Shown here: piece by piece, positions 11,552-24,163 of the stretch
Numbering within the stretch: the stretch's first letter is position 1
How the letters are laid out: every line of letters begins with the position of its first letter
Assembly (NCBI GenBank): GCA_038087875.1
Contig: CM075989.1
Span: 5,208,001 to 5,272,000, forward strand
Origin: Malacoraja senta
Taxonomy: Eukaryota
DNA: 64,000 bases
Direction: 5' to 3'
The notes under the pieces: model-generated
The model's database searches: none
Told to the model about the DNA's origin: nothing
What the model saw: only the letters and a program-made list of their open reading frames with translations
Position numbers and translations under genes: made by a program

Positions 11552-12360
11552 CACCGGGTGGCGCCAGGAATGGCTGCCTCACCAACAGTCTGTCTGTCCC
11601 TTTGTTGTTTTTTAGTATGTGTTTAAATGTATGCTTTTAGTGTTCTTCAGCTTGTTTTATGTGGGGGGGGGGGGGGTTGGGGGAAACGTTTAAAATCTCT
11701 TACCTCGATGGAGATGCGATTTTTTACTGTATCATGTCTCCGTCCGCACTGTGGCCTAACATCAAGGAGTTGGAGACCGACCAGGAGCTCCAACTGCGGG
11801 AGCCTGCAGACTTCAACATTGTAGAGCTCGCGGTCCCTGGTTATCGACCGACTTTGGGAGCTCCAAGCCGCAGGAGTTTCGACCGCCGATTGCAGGAGGT
11901 TCGATCGTCTGTGGAATTCTCTGCCTCAGAGGGCGGTGGAGGCAGGTTCTCTGGATACTTTCAAGAGAGAGCTAGATAGGGCTCTTATAGATAGCGGAGT
12001 CAGGGGATATGGGGAGAAGGCAGGAACGGGATACATGATCACATTGAATGGCGGTGCTGGCTTGAAGGGCCGAATGGCCTACTCCTGCACCTATTGTCTA
12101 TTGTCTATTGTCTATTGATCGCCCGACTGTGGATGGTTCGACTGCCCGACTGCGGGAGAATAAAGAGGGAAGAAGATTTGACTTTTTTGCCTTCCATCAC
12201 AGTGAGGAATGTGGGGAATCCACTGTGGTGGATGTTTATGTTAACTTTTATGTTGTTTGTATGTCTTGTTGCTTTTTTTTAGTACGGCTGTATAGTAATT
12301 CAAATATCACTGCACCTTAATTGGTACACGTGACAATAAAAGACCTTTGACACCTTTGAA
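11552..12360 (+). mobile_element. GC-rich non-autonomous retroelement, copy 2, containing a CR1 tail insertion
   Basis: Hairpins at 11710-11741 and 12193-12232; TGACAATAAA tail followed by short repeats. Confidence 0.7.
11908..12116 (+). mobile_element. CR1/HER1 3' tail
   Basis: LWNSLPQRAVEAGSLDTFKRELD and (TATTGTC)n. Confidence 0.85.
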
Positions 12361-12394
12361 GATTAATGATCCATTGATAAAAATACATCTCTTG

Positions 12395-15300
12395 ATGTCC
12401 TGAACACATCATCAGTGATATAACCTGGGGGTGATTGGGTGTTTCGGGTCTTTCAACATCAGACACCCTCGCCCAGGCGACCCAGCCGTGGTTTGATCAG
12501 ACCATGACTTGTGTTCAGGTGGCATTCGCTCCCCCCCATGGACCTTCTCTACTGATCCAGAGCCATCTCGAGGCCTTCTCCGCTGCCTCTGTGGTGTTCA
12601 TGATGGCTCTTCTCCTCTCCATTCCGTTGATGCCCAGTGCACTCAAGGCTTTGTAGAGCGATTGCCCTGCAAAAACCTCTGCAGCCAACCTCAATGGGCA
12701 TACACCTTGCCTTCCAGCCCTGCTTACGGCAGTCTATGACCAGCTCTTCGTACTTGGCCATCTTCCTCTCGTGGGCCTCCTCCAGACGGTCGTCCCACGG
12801 CACTGCCAGTTCCAACAAAGACGATGTTTTTGGTCGCCTCTGAGACCAGGAGGATGTCTGGCCTCAGGGTGGTTGTGGCAATGTGCTGTGGGGAACTTCA
12901 GCTGTTTCACCAGGTCTACAGAAAGCTGCCAGTCCTGCGCAGTCGCCTTCCTGACGGATTCCTGGCTGCTGTGGTTCTTGGCAGCTGCACTCCGGCCTTC
13001 ACGAAGGTGATCATCTGGGTGGTGGGGGGTGCCTCGTCTGCAGCTGCTGATTCCCACGCTGATGGTTTCTGCAATGGGTTTAAGAACCTGGTCGTGACGC
13101 CAGGTGTACCGGCCCTGCCCAAGAGCCTTTGGGCAGCAGCTCAGGATGTGTTCCAACGTCCCCTTGCCTGAGCATTGCGGGCAATCTGGAGATTCCACTT
13201 TGCGCCAGATGAAGAGGTTTGATGGGCTGGGCAGGACATCATACACTGCCTGGACCAGGAACTTGATGCGCTGTGGTTCAGCCTGCCAGAGCTCAGTCCA
13301 TGTGACTTTTCGGTCCATGGCCTGCTCCGACCTTGTCCAGGCTCCCTGCTGCCTCAATCTAACTGCTCTGGTACACCTCTCCTCCTCCACCACTGCCCTC
13401 ACTTCCTCCTGGGCCAGCCTGCCCCTCTCCTTCCCCTTGGCCTTGTCAAACTGGGGAGTTGGGAAGATTCCCAGGCCAGCTCTTCCCCGAGTCACTGCTC
13501 CCACCAGGACTCTGTGGCGTATCCGAGACTCCGCTTGCAGCACGGCTTCGCCGGCTCTCCACTTCCTCCCAGTTTTCACCTCCACCCCTGCCTGAGCCAC
13601 CTTGGGGTCGCTGGAGTCCCTGTACAGCATCACCTCTCTGGCCCGAGTCATCTTAAACTCCTCCTCCAGGGACTTCAGGGGCAGCTGGAGCTTGGTGTTA
13701 TTTACGTAAAGGGCGATGCTGCTAAGGCTCCTGGGCAGTCCCAGCCACCTCCTGAGGAAGCTGCTGACTTTCCTCTCCAATCTCTCTATGATGGATATTG
13801 GGACTTCGTAGACAAGCAGTGGCCAGAGTATCCTTGGCAGGATACCATGCTGGTAGATCCATGCCTTGAACTTGCCGGGAAGCCTCGACCGGTCCACTGC
13901 TCTCAACCAACTCTTCAGCTCCTGACAGGTTGCCTGGACAGATGCTGCATCCTTCAGGCTGCTGTTAAACACCTTGCCAAGACTCTTCACTGGCCTTTCG
14001 GAGACAGTTGGGATTGGTGTCCCTTCGATGCTGAAGCGGAACCTGTCCATGACTTTGCCCTTCTTCAGCACCAGTCACCTTGATTTTCCTGGCTTAAACC
14101 TCATCCTTGCCCATCCAATGAGTTTTCTCCAACCCTGCATGATCCACCTGCCTCCTGGCACTGACTCAATGATGACAGTCAGGTCATTCATGAATTAGAT
14201 TTTTTTAGATTTTTAGATTAGATTTTTATTCCTTGTCATTTGAACCTCAAAGAGGCTCAGACGAAACTCCGTTTCCACAGCCATACAAACAAAACAATTC
14301 CTACACGACACACAAACAATTCAATTTACAGAAAACATCTATCACAGTGAATCTCCTCCTCACTGTGATGGAAGGCAAAGTCTTTTCTCTCCCCTGCACC
14401 AATTTTTCTCCCGATGTTGAAGCCCCAGGCGGGCAATGTTAAGTCCCACGGCTGTGAGGCCGCGCCTGGCGGTATACGGCCTCGCTCTGGGCCCAAAAGT
14501 CACAAAGTTGGAGCCCCGGAGGGCGTTGGAATGTCCCGCAGCCCCCAGGTCGTCCCGGTCAAAGGACGTTTCACGGAGCCAGGCCCCAACGACAACGGAG
14601 ACCCGACAGGGAAAAAGTCGGGTCTCCCGTACAGGGAAGAGATTTTTAAAGTTTCCCCCCTCCCCCCCCCCCGCCCGCCTGCCACATATACACAATTACA
14701 AACAGTACAAAAAACACAAACAACTACATTTAACTAGACAAAAATTAAAAATAAACAGACAGGCTGTAGGGGCCGCTGCAGTAATCCGCGCCGTCGCACC
14801 GCCGGTTTGGTGGTTCTGATTGGTGGTTGGCGCAGTCCTGACTTGGTCCAAAGGCCCCATGCACTCTGGCTCAGCAGACTTGACGATCATGTTCATTGCC
14901 AAGGCAAAAAGGGTCACAGAGATGGTACAGCCTGTGATGATCCCAACCTCCAGTCTGTGCCACTCTGATGTTACTGACCCTGAGGAGACTCTCATGCTGA
15001 ACTGGTTGTAATAGTCCAGGAAGAGATCTGCCACTTGGCCCGGCACATGATGCTTGGCCATGACTGTCTGGATCAGCTTGTGCGGGATGGAGCCGGAGGC
15101 GTTGGCCAGGTCAAGCCAGAGCACTGTCAGGTTTCCCTTGTTCTCCCTGGCTTCTCTGATGAGCTGGGTCACCACTCCCGTGTGCTCTAGGCACCCCGGC
15201 ACTCCAGACAAGCCTCCCTTTTGCACTGAGCTGTCGATGTAGCCATTGCTGGCGAGGAAGTTGGTCAGCCGCCTCGCCAATATGCTGAAGAAGATCTTGC

Positions 15301-15492
15301 CTACAACGCTTAGCAAGGAGATGATCCTGAACTGATCGATCTTCTTGGAATCTTCTTCCTTTGGGATCCAGACTCCTTCAGCAAATCGCCACTGCTGCGC
15401 CACTTTCCCCTCTCCTCCAGACAATATTCAGGATCTTCCACAGCCATTTCAGTAACAAGGGGGCAGCTCTTGTAGACCCTGTTTGGGACTGC
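12395..15492 (-). mobile_element. HERO-like (R2 superfamily, restriction-like endonuclease) non-LTR retrotransposon, 5'-truncated and frameshifted
   Basis: RT motifs QFRIISLL, WLDLANA.GS, GIITGCTISVTLF, FMND; zinc knuckle CPQC...HILSCC; RHDQVL; RPD..ELAVPW..K.AKY endonuclease; 3' UTR AAAGACCCGAAACACCC. Confidence 0.88.
14195..14811 (-). mobile_element. GC-rich non-autonomous retroelement, copy 3, inserted in HERO RT
   Basis: Perfect hairpin GGAGACCCGAC/GTCGGGTCTCC at 14597-14627; short-repeat tail; HERO frame resumes on both sides. Confidence 0.8.
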
Positions 15493-16128
15493 TCCTGGAC
15501 TATTTTCTCCGTTTTATTTTGTTGCATCAGAAGGCTCAATCCACAGAGAAAATATTGTTCCTTGGTGAGTGTTCTAAGTCAGTGTACGAAGCATCTGACT
15601 GCTTCCAGCTGGTCACATTAGAGATTTTGCCACAGGGTGAGAAAAATAGAATGTACACATCAGCAGTACTAACTAGGTTCATTAAGCATGTGAGATGATA
15701 AGCATGTTAGCGAGCACCCCCTTTAATACAGTGTGCTTTTAATTCTACGCCTTTCATATAATGACAGCATTGGTTTGAGTTAGATCTTTAACCAACAACT
15801 TCATGTACATCCTTGCTGTTGGAACCACATAATGGGTGGGAGACCAGTTCCTCTCAACATGGGCTTACGTTCATCAAAAGGTATAAATAGAGAGCTCTGC
15901 TAGGAGTAAAGGGAATCTAAGTTCATTACAGGGGTGAGGAAGGCCAATTCTAACCACGGATGACTACATCATGCTTGTCTTCCTCTCAAATTGGGAAAAT
16001 TGTCTCCCTCCCTTTTCACCGGCAGCGCAGCTACTTATCGAGACCAACGCCACAGATTTAAGTAAAAACCAGGGACACCGCAGGCAAAAATGTATCTGCG
16101 AGAGAGACTTGGAAGTACATTTATCTCC

Positions 16129-16368
16129 TGTGCAGGAAGGAACTGCAGATGTTGGTTTAAACCGAAGATAGACACAAGAAGCTGGAATAACTCAGTGGGA
16201 CAGACAGCATATCCGGAGAGAAGGAATGGGTGGCGTTTCGGGTCGAGTCTCTTCTTCAGACTGGTGATAAACCTCAGAAGGGTCTCGACCCGAAACATCA
16301 CCCATTCCTCCTCTCCAGAGATGCTGCCTGTCCTACTGAGCTACTCCAGCTTTTTCTGTTTATCTTCT
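16129..16368. repeat. Palindromic Penelope-derived mini-element
   Basis: Two inverted copies of the repeat at 4200-4332 meeting at their hammerhead-like cores. Confidence 0.75.
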
Positions 16369-16397
16369 GTGGAAATAGTTTGAATGAATATTCATCA

Positions 16398-16710
16398 GGG
16401 GCGGCATGCTGGCGCAGCGGTAGAGTTGCTGCCTTATAGCACCAGAGACCCAGGTTCAATCCTCACTGTGGTTGCTGTCTGTACGGTGTTTTCCTGCACT
16501 TTCTCCCTGTGACCGCGTGATTTTTCCTCTGGGGGCTTCAGTTTCCTCCCACACTATGAAAAGACGACCAGGTTTGTCAGTTAGGTTTTACAATTTGGCT
16601 TAGATAAAATTGTAAACTTGTCCCTGTGTAGGATAGTGTTAGTGGACGGGGTGATCGCTGGTCGGCAGGTACTCGGTGGGCCGAAGGGCCTGGTTCCACA
16701 CTGTCTAAAG
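16398..16710 (+). mobile_element. HE1-type V-SINE
   Basis: Head, core, tail. Confidence 0.85.
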
Positions 16711-17023
16711 TAGAGACCAAACTAACGTATTAAATGGAACGTAGAACAGTACAGAAAAGGACACAAAGTGTTGGAGGAACTCTGCAGGACAACCAGCATT
16801 CTCCAAAGATGGTTTTTGCTGAGTTATTCGAACAATTTGTGTCCTTTTGTGTATGAATCAGCATCTGCAGTTCTTTGTTTTCAGATAGTGGTCTGTTGAT
16901 GAGGAAGTCAAGTTTCCAATAGCAGATGGGTGTACAGAGAGCCAGTTCCGTGAGCTTGGTAACCAGTTTGGAGGGGATGATGGTGTTGAAAAATGAACTG
17001 TAGTCGATGAACAACAGCCTGAC

Positions 17024-17268
17024 TTTAGTTTATTTGGTTTAGAGACACAGCGCGGAAACGGGCCCTTCGCCCGCCAAGTCCCGCGCTGCCCAGCGATTCC
17101 TGCACATTAACACTACCCTACACACACTGAGGACAAATTTTACATTTACACCAAGCCAATTAATCTAGATTCCTGTACGTCTTTGGAGTGTGGAAGATCT
17201 CGGAGAAAACCCACGCAGGTAACAGGGAGAACGTACAAACAAACAGTACAGACAGCTGTAAGGCAGTA
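17024..17268 (-). mobile_element. HE1-type V-SINE (partial)
   Basis: Tail and V core. Confidence 0.8.
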
Positions 17269-17805
17269 GATTCAAGAGATTCAAGAGAGTTTATTGTCAT
17301 GTGTCCCTGATAGGACAGTGAAATTCTTGCTTTGCTTCAGCACAACAGAATATAGTAGGCATTGACTACAAAACAGATCAGTGTGTCCATATACCATTGT
17401 CATCCACATATACCATTCTATAAATATATACACACATGAATAAATAAACTGATCAAGTGCAAATAACAGATAATGGGCTATTAATGTTCAGAGTTTTGTC
17501 CGAGCCAAGTTTAATAGCCTGATGGCTGTGGGGAAGTAGCTATTCCTGAACCTGGTCGTTACTGTCTTCAGGCTCCTGTACCTTCTACCTGAAGGTAGCG
17601 GGGAGATGAGTGTGTGGCCAGGATGGTGTGGGTCCTTGATGATGCTGCCAGCCTTTTTGAGGCAGCGACTGCGACAGATCCTCTCGATGGAAGGGAGGTC
17701 AGAGCCGATGATGGACTGGGCAGTGTTTACTATTTTTTGTAGTCTTTTCCTCTCCAGGGCGCTCAAGTTGTCGAACCAAGCCACGATGCAACCGGTCAGC
17801 ATGCT
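17269..17805 (-). mobile_element. Rex1/Babar-like LINE 3' end
   Basis: CIVAWF...LQKIVNTAQSIIG...IIKDPHHPGH...LPSGRRYRS...RFRNSYFPTAIRLLN; TGACAATAAA tail. Confidence 0.85.
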
Positions 17806-18296
17806 GCTATGCCACTGTGCCGCCCAAGACATGCAAACAAATGTTTTCCACCGTATCTCAGCACTCATGACAACAATGAACCGATACCAGAATTGCTGAT
17901 TTTGGCACTTCAGTGAGCAGTTTTGTGTTGGACTTCCTGAAAGAGAAGACTTCAAATCTTCTTCAAATGTTTGGGTTTGCAAAATATGCACCGTATTAAC
18001 AAATATTTATTTTATCTTTCGGTAACACATCATAATTTGGACTTGCGTAGAAACCTGGAGGTGGACATGTTCGTGTCATCTTGCTGCTCTCATTTTTATG
18101 GAACGTTTGCGGGGGTTTCACATGTAGTCAAATGAAGGTCATGGGGTTACTTCAGCGCATCTTGTAAGTTCAGTTGGCACGATGTCCAATACCAGTGAGC
18201 ATTGCTACATTCTCCTTCTTGTACTCACTGTTCCTGCACAATTAAAACAAAACTGCAACACACACAGTTATAAATACATACACTGACACCAGACTC

Positions 18297-18592
18297 ACAG
18301 TGGCTCAGCTGCCCCACTACACCGGGGACCCAGCTTCGATCCTGACCTCAGATGCTGTCTATGTGGAGTTTCTACATTCTCCCGGTGTGGGTTTCCTATG
18401 GATGGTTCCGTTTCCTCCCACATCCCAAAGACGTGCAGGTTTGTTGGTTAATTGGCCTCCGTCAAATTGCTCCTCATGTGTAGGGTGTGGATGACAATGT
18501 GGGATAATGTAGAACCAGTGTGAACGGGTGATTGATGGTTAGCATGGGCTCGATGGGCGAAGGGCCTGCTTCCATGCCATGCCTCTAAACGA
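18297..18592 (+). mobile_element. Diverged HE1-type V-SINE
   Basis: V core and tail. Confidence 0.75.
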
Positions 18593-18907
18593 AACATCAT
18601 ATTGTGTGATAGGAAGTCAGCAGTTCACTTTACATCCCTCCTGAATTAGTCCACATTTGTTCCATTTGTATTGTAACACAATCTTTATGCAATCGCACAG
18701 TATATTCTCCACTATTCTTCAGCTTCATCTTCATTTAGGACAGCACAGTAGAGTTACTGCCTTACAGCGCCAGAGACCCGGGTTCGATCCTAACTACGGG
18801 AGGTGTCTGTTTGGAGTTTGTACCCGTGACCTCCGTGGGTTTTCTCTGAGATCTTCGGTATCCTCCCATGCTCCAAAGACGTACAGGTTTGTAGGTTAGT
18901 AAGGATG

Positions 18908-20207
18908 TCAATAGACAATAGACAATAGGTGCAGGAGTAGGCCAATCGGCCCTTCGAGCCAGCACCGTCATTCAATGTGATCATGGCTGATCATCCACAA
19001 TCAGTACCCTGTTCCTGCCTTCTCCCCGTATCCCTTGACTCCGCTATCTTTAAGAGCTCTATCGACTGGGCCTGTCCCACTTAGGCGACTTTTTAGGCGA
19101 CTGCAGGAGACGATGCAGTCGCCACATGGTCGCCACATGTTCGTGGGTGGTTGCCGGGGAGTCGCCTTCATGGTCGCGAGGAGTTCTGGAACTGGTCGCA
19201 GCCTCATTCTAGTCGCCACGAATTTGTCAACACGTTGAAAAATTAACGGCGACTAGAATGAAGCCGCCATGGAGAGTAGCGAGAATTCTTGTGCCGTAGG
19301 TGGGTCGCCAGGAGGTCCTAGTGGGTTTCCAGGAGGTTGAAGGTTCTCGTAGGTTGTAGCTGGTGTTGACTGGTGAATTTCTTTGGCTCATTGGGAAAAA
19401 AAACGTAAGCAGTAGTTTTCAGAACCAAGGATAACCGACCGTAATGTTAAATGTCCGCCGAGGTTCACAGCCGTGTATCTCTGGCTTCTTAAAAGTTGTC
19501 TCCACTCCTTCTCATCCCTTCTCCCCCGTCTCCCACCCTCCGTCTCCCCCCCCCCTCTTTTAAACGACTTACTGTACACTGTGCTTTAGCTGTCTTAATT
19601 ACAGCGCCAACCTTCCTGTTCATCGCGGTGTGTGTCTGTATCACCTTGGCTTTGCACCGTGTGAATTTCACTCAGACAGCGCTTGACAGTCACCGGCAAT
19701 CGCCTGAAAAATCGCCTGTGGGACAGGCCCATAACTCTCTCTTGAAAGCATCCAGAGAATTGGCCTCCACTGCCTTCTGAGGCAGAGAATTCCACAGATT
19801 CACAACTCTCTGGGTGAAAAAGTTTTTCCTCATCTCCGTTCGAAATGGCCGACACCTTATTCTTAAATTGTGGTCCCTGGTTCTGGACTCCCCCAACATC
19901 AGAAAAACATGTTTTCCTGCCTCTAGCGTGTCCAAACCCTTAATAATCTTATATGTTTCAATAAGATACCCTCTCATCCTTCTAAATTCCAGAGTATACA
20001 AGCCCAGTCGCTCCATTCTTTCAACATATGTCAGTCCCGCCATTCCGGGAATTAACCTTGTGAATCTACGCTGCACTCCCTCAATAGCAAGAATGTCCTT
20101 CCTCAAATTTGGAGACCAAAACTGCACACAATACTCCAGGTGTGATCTCACCAGGGCCCTGTAGAACTATAGAAGGACCTCTTGCTCCTATACCCAACTC
20201 CTCTTGT
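18908..20207 (-). mobile_element. CR1/HER1 LINE 3' part, split by a MITE
   Basis: HLEYCVQFWSP...LEFRRMRG...RVVNLWNSLP; tail at 18908-19063. Confidence 0.9.
19067..19731. mobile_element. PIF/Harbinger-type non-autonomous DNA transposon
   Basis: TIRs TGGGCCTGTCCCAC / GTGGGACAGGCCCA interrupting a CR1; right flank TAA, left TSD degenerate. Confidence 0.75.
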
Positions 20208-21361
20208 TTTCGGGAGAAGGCAGGAGAATGGGGTTGAGAGGGAAAGATAGTTCAGCCATGATTGAATGACAGAGGGGACTGGATGGGCCGATGGGACTAC
20301 TTCTGTTCCTGTGACTTAAGGACTTATGAACTAGGCCTCCTGACCTGAGGTGTCCGTATCAGTTCAGTTCAATTTAGAGTTCAGAGGTACAGCGAAGAGC
20401 TTTTGTTGCGTGCTAACCAGTCGCAGGTAACTTGCATACTATCGAGGTATCAGTGGGCCTCTGGAGGCCCTGCAACAGCCTGGGGCTCGAGTGGACCAGG
20501 CGCTGCTCCAAGAGGCCAAGTGCTTGGATCGGATGTGGCCTGCAGTGGCACTGAGCGGTGGAGCAGCGATGGAGGATATCGACAGCATCGTCAGGCCAAG
20601 TGACCCGTACAACTCCAGCCCAGTGCTGCCGCCAGGACATCAGCCCTTTATGCCCAAGTTAAGACTATATTTCCAAAGATACAGTAGTGATAGTTTTGCT
20701 GCAATTACATTAGATAAGGACTAATTAACATTGCAACCCAATGAGCAATGGAATGGGTGCCTGGAATATGTTAAACTACTATTCCTACACTCTAGCACTG
20801 AAGTATAATTGTGCTCCGGTATAGTAAGATTTTTACTGAATGGTGTGCACAATTGGAATTCCACTGGACCTAGACCCAAGCACCATTGTCCATAGTGTGT
20901 AGACAGTGGAGGAGGGAGTGGGAGAACATAGATCTAGTATGAACGGTTGATCAATGGCCAGTGTAGACACAGTGGGTCAAAGGGCCTGTTTCAAGAGTCA
21001 AGAGTGTTTTATTGTCATATGTCCCAAATAGAACAATGAAATTCTTGCTTGCAGCAGTGCAGAATATGTATAGTACAGTAGACAAAGTTCAGTGTGTGTA
21101 TATATACATGCATACTCACACACACACACACACACACACATATGGTCATAAGTGATAGGAGCAGGCCATTCGGCCCATCAAGTCTACTCCCCCATTCAAT
21201 CATGGCTGATCTATCTCTCCCTCCTAACTCCATTCTCCTGCCTTCTCCCCATAACCCCTCACACCCGTACTAAGGGCGGCACAGTGGCGCCTCAGTAGAG
21301 TTGCTGCCTTACAGCGCTTGCAGCACCAGAGACCCGGGTTCGATCCCGACTACGGGTGCTA

Positions 21362-21405
21362 TGTATATGTGTATATATATATATATATCATATATATATG
21401 TACAT

Positions 21406-21442
<37 letters not shown>

Positions 21443-21450
21443 CCACATAA

Positions 21451-21520
<70 letters not shown>
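21362..21520. repeat. (TA)n-(CA)n compound microsatellite truncating a SINE
   Basis: Direct inspection. Confidence 0.95.
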
Positions 21521-21521
<1 letters not shown>

Positions 21522-22049
21522 TAAATAAATAAATATAAGTTCAGAGCTATATCTCAAAACTAAATTAAACATTCTAAATTGAAGGTAAGGAAAGGGACGA
21601 GTGAGAGGAAAGGGCGCAGAAGTAAAAGCAGAGGACCGCTGCTGCCAGGGTTAATGTGAAATCTCCAGTTGTTTCTGTTGAACTGGCCTTTGGCACTGCT
21701 AACAACAGGGCTTTGTATGACCTGGTATCAGCTGCTTGCTTCTGTGGTTGATGCGCTAATTCTTTTGTCACACTAAAATTATGCTGAGAGTGGAAAACCT
21801 CTGAAACAAATTAAAACTTTTATGTTGTCTCCTTAATTGTGAAAGATAGTCAAAGTGACCACCCCGAAAGAAAAACAAAAACAAACTTTCCGATGAGGCC
21901 AGACAGCATCTGTAGAGAGGATTGTTTGTGAAAGAGTGCAGAGAAGATTTACGAGGATGTTGCCAGGACTTGGGGGCCTGAGCTGCAGGGAGAGGTTGGG
22001 CAAGCTAGGTCTTTATTCCTTGGAGTGCAAGAGGATGTCGGGAGATCTC

Positions 22050-22810
22050 CAATAGTTCAATGGTCCTTTATTGTCACGTGTACCCTTAGGTACAATGACA
22101 TTTGATTTGCCGTACAGTCACAAAAAAGCAACAAGACACAATATTACATAAAAATTAAACATAAACAGCCACCACAGTGGCGTGTGAGAATCCCCAGGGC
22201 ACACAGCATAAGCGGAGACCCACAGCCATCAGTCCAGTGTCCGGGCCACACACACACACTCCTTCACCATGATATGACCAGAGTTGTACCAACCGCTGTC
22301 ACTGTCTCTGCAGTCCCTGTCCACCCGAACAGTCAGAAAGCCGTCCACACTCGCACCAGACTCCAGGACGCACCCGTGGCGTGACGTCCCCGCAAACACC
22401 GAGACCACCGCACTCACGGCCATCCCTCCGAGTCTCCACCAGCCCCAGGCAGCATCCATCTTGCTTTCGGTGACCTCGCACTCCTCACTGTGATGGAAGG
22501 CGATTAACTTTGACCTTCTTCCTCCTTTTCTCCCGCGGTCGGGGGGGATCGAAACTTCCGCAGTCGGGGCGATCGATGCTCCCCCACAACAGGGCGATCG
22601 ATGCTCCCCCGCAACAGGGCGATCGAGCCTCCCCCGCAACAGGTCGTCCAAAGCTCCCGCGATCGGGGCATTCGAAGCTCCTGCAGTTGGAGCTCCCGAA
22701 GTCGGTCCCTAATAAAGGTACCGCCAGCTTCACGATGTTAGGCCGCAGTGCGGACGGAAATACGATCGGAAAAAGTCGCATATCAGTCGGGGAAAGAGAT
22801 TTTTAAAAGT
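22050..22810 (-). mobile_element. GC-rich non-autonomous retroelement, copy 4, with a 290-bp internal insertion
   Basis: Shares CCTTCCATCACAGTGAG hairpin, GCGGCCTAACATCG motif and TGACAATAAA tail with copy 2. Confidence 0.7.
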
Positions 22811-23039
22811 TGGTGTCTGTCTTGTCGCTTCTTGCGCTTCTTGTGCGTGGTGGTGGAAAGACTGGTGGAAACAGGGCCGCGACGTGAACGCTCTTTCCTT
22901 GACCCCTCCACAGGTGCTGCCTGACCCACTGAGTTCCTCCAGCAATTTGTTTTTGTTTTTGCTCAGGATTCCAGCATCTGCAGTCTCTTGTGTCTCCACT
23001 TCAGATTCTGGTGCGGAATTTCCAACCGGACAGACGCTG

Positions 23040-23340
23040 GATAGACACAAAAAGCTGGAGTAGCTCAACGGGTCAGACAGCATCTCTGGAGAAAAGGAAT
23101 AGATGACGTCTCGGGTAGAGACCCTTCTTCGGACTCGACCCAAAGCGTCACCTATTCCTTTTCTCCCGCTGAGTTCCTCCAGCTTTTTGTGTCTATCTTT
23201 GGTGTAAACCAGCATCTGCAGTTCCTTCCTACACATTTTCTAACTGGGTAAGAAGGGTCTCGACCCGAAACACTCACCTATTCCTTCTCTCCAGAGATGC
23301 TGCCTGTCCCGCTGAGTTACTCCAGCATTTTGTATCTCTC
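23040..23340. repeat. Cluster of Penelope-derived inverted repeats
   Basis: Inverted copies of the CAGCATCTGCAGTTCCTT repeat. Confidence 0.7.
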
Positions 23341-23832
23341 TTTTCCAACTGGGTGTGTTTGTGCTGACCAACACAGTGGGTTGTGATAGTTTGTGGTTTG
23401 TGTCTGTCCTGTAATTACAATACATTGCAAAAAACACTCTAAATAGTAGTAAGCAAGAAAGCATTGCTGAGTGGCATACCTCTGAGTGAGGTAACTAACG
23501 GTAGCCACAATGAGAGGTTGGTTGGCTGCTGCACATTGGGAGTTCACAGTGAAAGCTGGGCAAATGTAGACTTGGCAAATGTTTCATATTGTGTAGGAAG
23601 GCACTGCAGATGCTAATTCATATTGTTGCTTACTCTCAACTTTGGACTTGTCCTTGTTTGGAGATGTTGATCCTTGTCTGTCATAACATTCGTATTAGTC
23701 ATGGAGTCCTTCAGCACATAATAGTCCCCTTGGACATTGAATCGCCATCAAATATACAACGTAGGAACAGTGCAGCACGCAATACTCCGAATGCCGCCAA
23801 ACCAAAGTCCTGCATCAAAACTTCCTGACTTA

Positions 23833-24070
23833 AGGGCCTGTCCCACTTTCACGACCTAATTCACGACCTTTTTTACTCGTGGACATTTTTCATCAGGCTA
23901 GAAAAAACGCCCCGACCTTCTTGATGCCACGAGTACCTACGACTAACATCACGGCCTGCTACGACCTACCTACGACCTCCTACAACCTCGTGACGACCGT
24001 GCTGCGAGTATGAGTCAAGGGCAAACTGGGCAGAGGTCGTGAATTCGGCCGTGAAAGTGGGACAGGCCCT
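23833..24070. mobile_element. PIF/Harbinger-type MITE inside a CR1 remnant
   Basis: TIRs AGGGCCTGTCCCACTTTCACG; TSD TTA at 23830-23832 and 24071-24073. Confidence 0.82.
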
Positions 24071-24163
24071 TTATACTCAATGGCCCGGTCAATGAAGCCA
24101 AGCTTACCATATTCCATCTTTACCACTCGATCTACTTGTCTCGCCACTTTCAGGGAGCTTTTA

